Shown here: piece after piece, positions 27,563-29,956 of the stretch
Position numbering within the stretch: the first letter of the stretch is position 1
Layout of the letters: every line of letters begins with the position of its first letter
Source: Promethearchaeota archaeon
Lineage (GTDB): Archaea; Asgardarchaeota; Lokiarchaeia; Sigyniarchaeales; SOKP01
Direction: 5' to 3'
Length of the DNA: 29,956 nucleotides
Assembly (NCBI GenBank): GCA_048941265.1
Contig: JBHLNT010000037.1
Coordinates: 1 to 29,956, forward strand
Program-made: the position numbers and the translations under genes
Notes under the pieces: generated by a model
Databases searched by the model: none
What the model was told of the DNA's origin: nothing
Seen by the model: the letters and a program-made list of their open reading frames with translations, nothing else

Positions 27563-29695
27563 TTGGAAGATTCTCAAAATGAGTTTGAAATCCCTGAACA
27601 ACTTTATAATAATTTAATACCAAATGAAAAAATTCTTCATAAATTTAGGGCACATAAACCTTCAAAAATTGATAAAATTTTTATCCTTTCAATCGTAGGA
27701 ACGATAATTACAGTGATAATAACAAGTATAATCTCTGTAATTAGGAGAGGATTAGGTTATTTATTTTCGCCGTATTTATTGCTAATGTATTTTATTTATT
27801 TTCCTTTAGTGTTAATAGTTTCTTTAATTATGAGGAAGAAATTGAGTTATAAAAGAGAATATTATGTGATTTTTACAAATAAAAAAGTTTATATATATGA
27901 GAGTGCGCATCAAGAAGAATATATTAATTCGATAGAGTTGAAGTCTATTAAACTAATCACATTTAAATTTAAGAGACATTCGGACAAATTAAACGCTAAT
28001 GGAACAATTGATTTTTTCTCAGATGAGATAAAACCTGAGCAAAAAAATAGAATCTTAATCAGAGGTGTTCAGAACTTATTAATAAATCAAAATATAATAG
28101 AGTCTATAATGTGGGATTATGGAAATGTAAAAGAAAGATTAGAAACTATAAAAAGCGAGAATCAAATAAGACTTCCTTATGATTTTGAACTGGATAAGGT
28201 CTTATGGAAGAAAGTAAATAAATCAAATAGGATATCAAGTACCTTTATTATAATAAGTATAATTTCAATTGTAATTGGATTGATTGGTATTATATACGAT
28301 TTCATAAATAGTAAAGATACAACCATTTATAGTTTATTATTTGTCTGTATTTTAAGTATTGGTTTAACGGACATTTTAATTTCTCCAAGACGTAAAATTA
28401 GCTTATCAAAGATACTATCTCCCAAAAATGATATTATTTTAAGGTTAATAGAAAAGGAACTTATTTTAATTAAAGGAGATTCATCAAATTCTTTTCCATT
28501 TAATTCAAGTTTTTATATTGATCTATATAATACTTTTTATTCATCCAAAATAGAGGCAGAAAAATTCATTGGAGGGATCAAAATTAAGTCTGCATATGAG
28601 GATATAGAAGAAATAAAATTTGGACCGACTAAAGATTATCTTAAAGTAGCAGAGATAATTTATCTCAATTACTTATCTTGGAAAGCTAAACAAGGATTTT
28701 TAAGAAATGAAAAAACTTTTACTCAGTCTAAGGAAACTCTTGCAGTAGATCTTCCTATTCGTGATTCTCAGCTAAAGACTGATAAAGAAGAAATAAAAAT
28801 ATCTTTTACCCCTCTTACTATTATTTTGTTAGTTATGTGTGTTGTATATACTGGCTTGTATATCTCCGTCTTTACCAGCAATTTAATACTGCATTCATTT
28901 TTTGATATTTTTGATTTATTATATATTACTGGTTTTCTAATTACTATATTTGTAATTTATAAAAAAAAGAGATATGGTTTTATCTTTGCTATTATTATTT
29001 CGGCTGGATTAGCAATATTATATACCTTAATTTTGGCATATATAGATATAGTTTACATGGGATCTATGTTGGTATTAGCGATTTTAGAATATCGAAATTA
29101 TGCTAGGAATTATCAATTACCAATTGAAAACTCAAGTTATCGAGAACTATCTGATCAAATGATGCAACCATTCTATAAATATTTGAATCCCGAAGAAGAG
29201 ATCCTGCTTACATTCAAACCTCAAATTTCAATTCAGAATCATATCCTAATGATAATTGTGGGATTTCTTAGTATGATTTTGTTATTTTCTATGATATCAT
29301 TTATCATCAGGTTCTCTTTTATTTTATTCTTAATTATACTCACGTTAGCAATGTTTGGATCACTTTTTGGTATGATTACACTTTGTATGTTACCGGGTAC
29401 ATTATTGATGAAAAATTCAATTTTTCTTTTTACCAATGAAAAAATCATAACTAAATATGGAAAGGATTATCTTATGATACCTTATATCAATATAAAATCT
29501 ATCAAGTCTTCAAATAAAAGAATGCATTATGACATTGAAATATCATTAATACATGATCTTGATTCCAATCCGTTTATTGATAAAAGTTTAATATATGTAC
29601 AACATATCCCAAAAAATTCAGATATTTTAGAAAAAATTAAGTCTATTAGAAATAATGCGATTACTGTAAATAATGATAACCAAGAAAATGAGTAA
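27563..29695 (+). CDS. polytopic membrane protein with repeated PH-like modules, paralog of the upstream gene
   Basis: 710 aa, TTG start with GGAG ~10 nt upstream. Shares IESI-x-W-x-YGN, IKFGP, EIIYLN-x-L-x-WKAKQG, YITGFLI, YLNP-x-E and H-x-PKNSD with the upstream gene. Confidence 0.85.
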   Translation: MEDSQNEFEIPEQLYNNLIPNEKILHKFRAHKPSKIDKIFILSIVGTIITVIITSIISVIRRGLGYLFSPYLLLMYFIYFPLVLIVSLIMRKKLSYKREYYVIFTNKKVYIYESAHQEEYINSIELKSIKLITFKFKRHSDKLNANGTIDFFSDEIKPEQKNRILIRGVQNLLINQNIIESIMWDYGNVKERLETIKSENQIRLPYDFELDKVLWKKVNKSNRISSTFIIISIISIVIGLIGIIYDFINSKDTTIYSLLFVCILSIGLTDILISPRRKISLSKILSPKNDIILRLIEKELILIKGDSSNSFPFNSSFYIDLYNTFYSSKIEAEKFIGGIKIKSAYEDIEEIKFGPTKDYLKVAEIIYLNYLSWKAKQGFLRNEKTFTQSKETLAVDLPIRDSQLKTDKEEIKISFTPLTIILLVMCVVYTGLYISVFTSNLILHSFFDIFDLLYITGFLITIFVIYKKKRYGFIFAIIISAGLAILYTLILAYIDIVYMGSMLVLAILEYRNYARNYQLPIENSSYRELSDQMMQPFYKYLNPEEEILLTFKPQISIQNHILMIIVGFLSMILLFSMISFIIRFSFILFLIILTLAMFGSLFGMITLCMLPGTLLMKNSIFLFTNEKIITKYGKDYLMIPYINIKSIKSSNKRMHYDIEISLIHDLDSNPFIDKSLIYVQHIPKNSDILEKIKSIRNNAITVNNDNQENE

Positions 29696-29709
29696 AGTGG
29701 AGTAATTTT

Positions 29710-29956
29710 ATGAAAAACTTGAAAATTTCTGATAAAATTAGAAATATTATTTCTAATTATTATAAAATTGTATTATTTGAGGAAGATCCTTTTAGTTTTG
29801 AGCCAAAAGTGGTAATTAGCATGGCAGAACCTGAACCACTAGAGCATTTTGAAAACACCCAATCTGAAATGCGAAAAATAGGATATCAGATTAAATTACA
29901 TTATTTAAAGGATTATGAGTTAAAAAACTATGATTTCGAAAAAAAAGAAGATGAAA
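29710..29956 (+). CDS. partial hypothetical protein (runs off the window end)
   Basis: ATG at 29710 preceded by GGAG (29699-29702). The frame MKNLKISDKIRNIISNYYKIVLFEEDPF... stays open for 82 codons to the edge. Confidence 0.65.
   Translation, partial: MKNLKISDKIRNIISNYYKIVLFEEDPFSFEPKVVISMAEPEPLEHFENTQSEMRKIGYQIKLHYLKDYELKNYDFEKKEDE

Noticed and set aside
29710-29956. Possible site-2 (M50) protease N-terminus
   Set aside because: No HExxH or TM segment falls within the window, so it is left as hypothetical.
1-29956. tRNA, rRNA, CRISPR array, transposase or integrase
   Set aside because: No GC-rich structured RNA-like segment, regular repeat-spacer pattern or recombinase motif was seen by eye.

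Overview
Very AT-rich archaeal-type chromosomal window. Its gene content points to an Asgard archaeon of the Lokiarchaeia type (inference): several Rab-like GTPases, a Roadblock/LC7 protein, an LRR protein, a 7TM protein with a RING-like finger and a stand-alone FrhB. About 21 intact CDS. The core of interest (6.2-14.9 kb) is a small-GTPase locus: a Rab-like GTPase-LRR-multi-TM fusion (+) converging on a tandem array of four Rab-like GTPases (-), with a Roadblock gene about 2 kb beyond. All five G-domains lack both the switch-II Gln and the G4 Asn. The flanks carry a CTP-dependent lipid kinase-like gene, CapA and NagD-type phosphoesterases, M20 and M28 peptidases, a sulfatase, a GH38 alpha-mannosidase, FrhB and a TM1410/GH114-like protein. 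A tandem pair of PH-like membrane paralogs follows, the first split at a T12 tract. Several 3'-only gene relics sit in intergenic gaps. No rRNA, tRNA, CRISPR array or transposase was recognised. All calls come from reading motifs by eye; no database searches were run.
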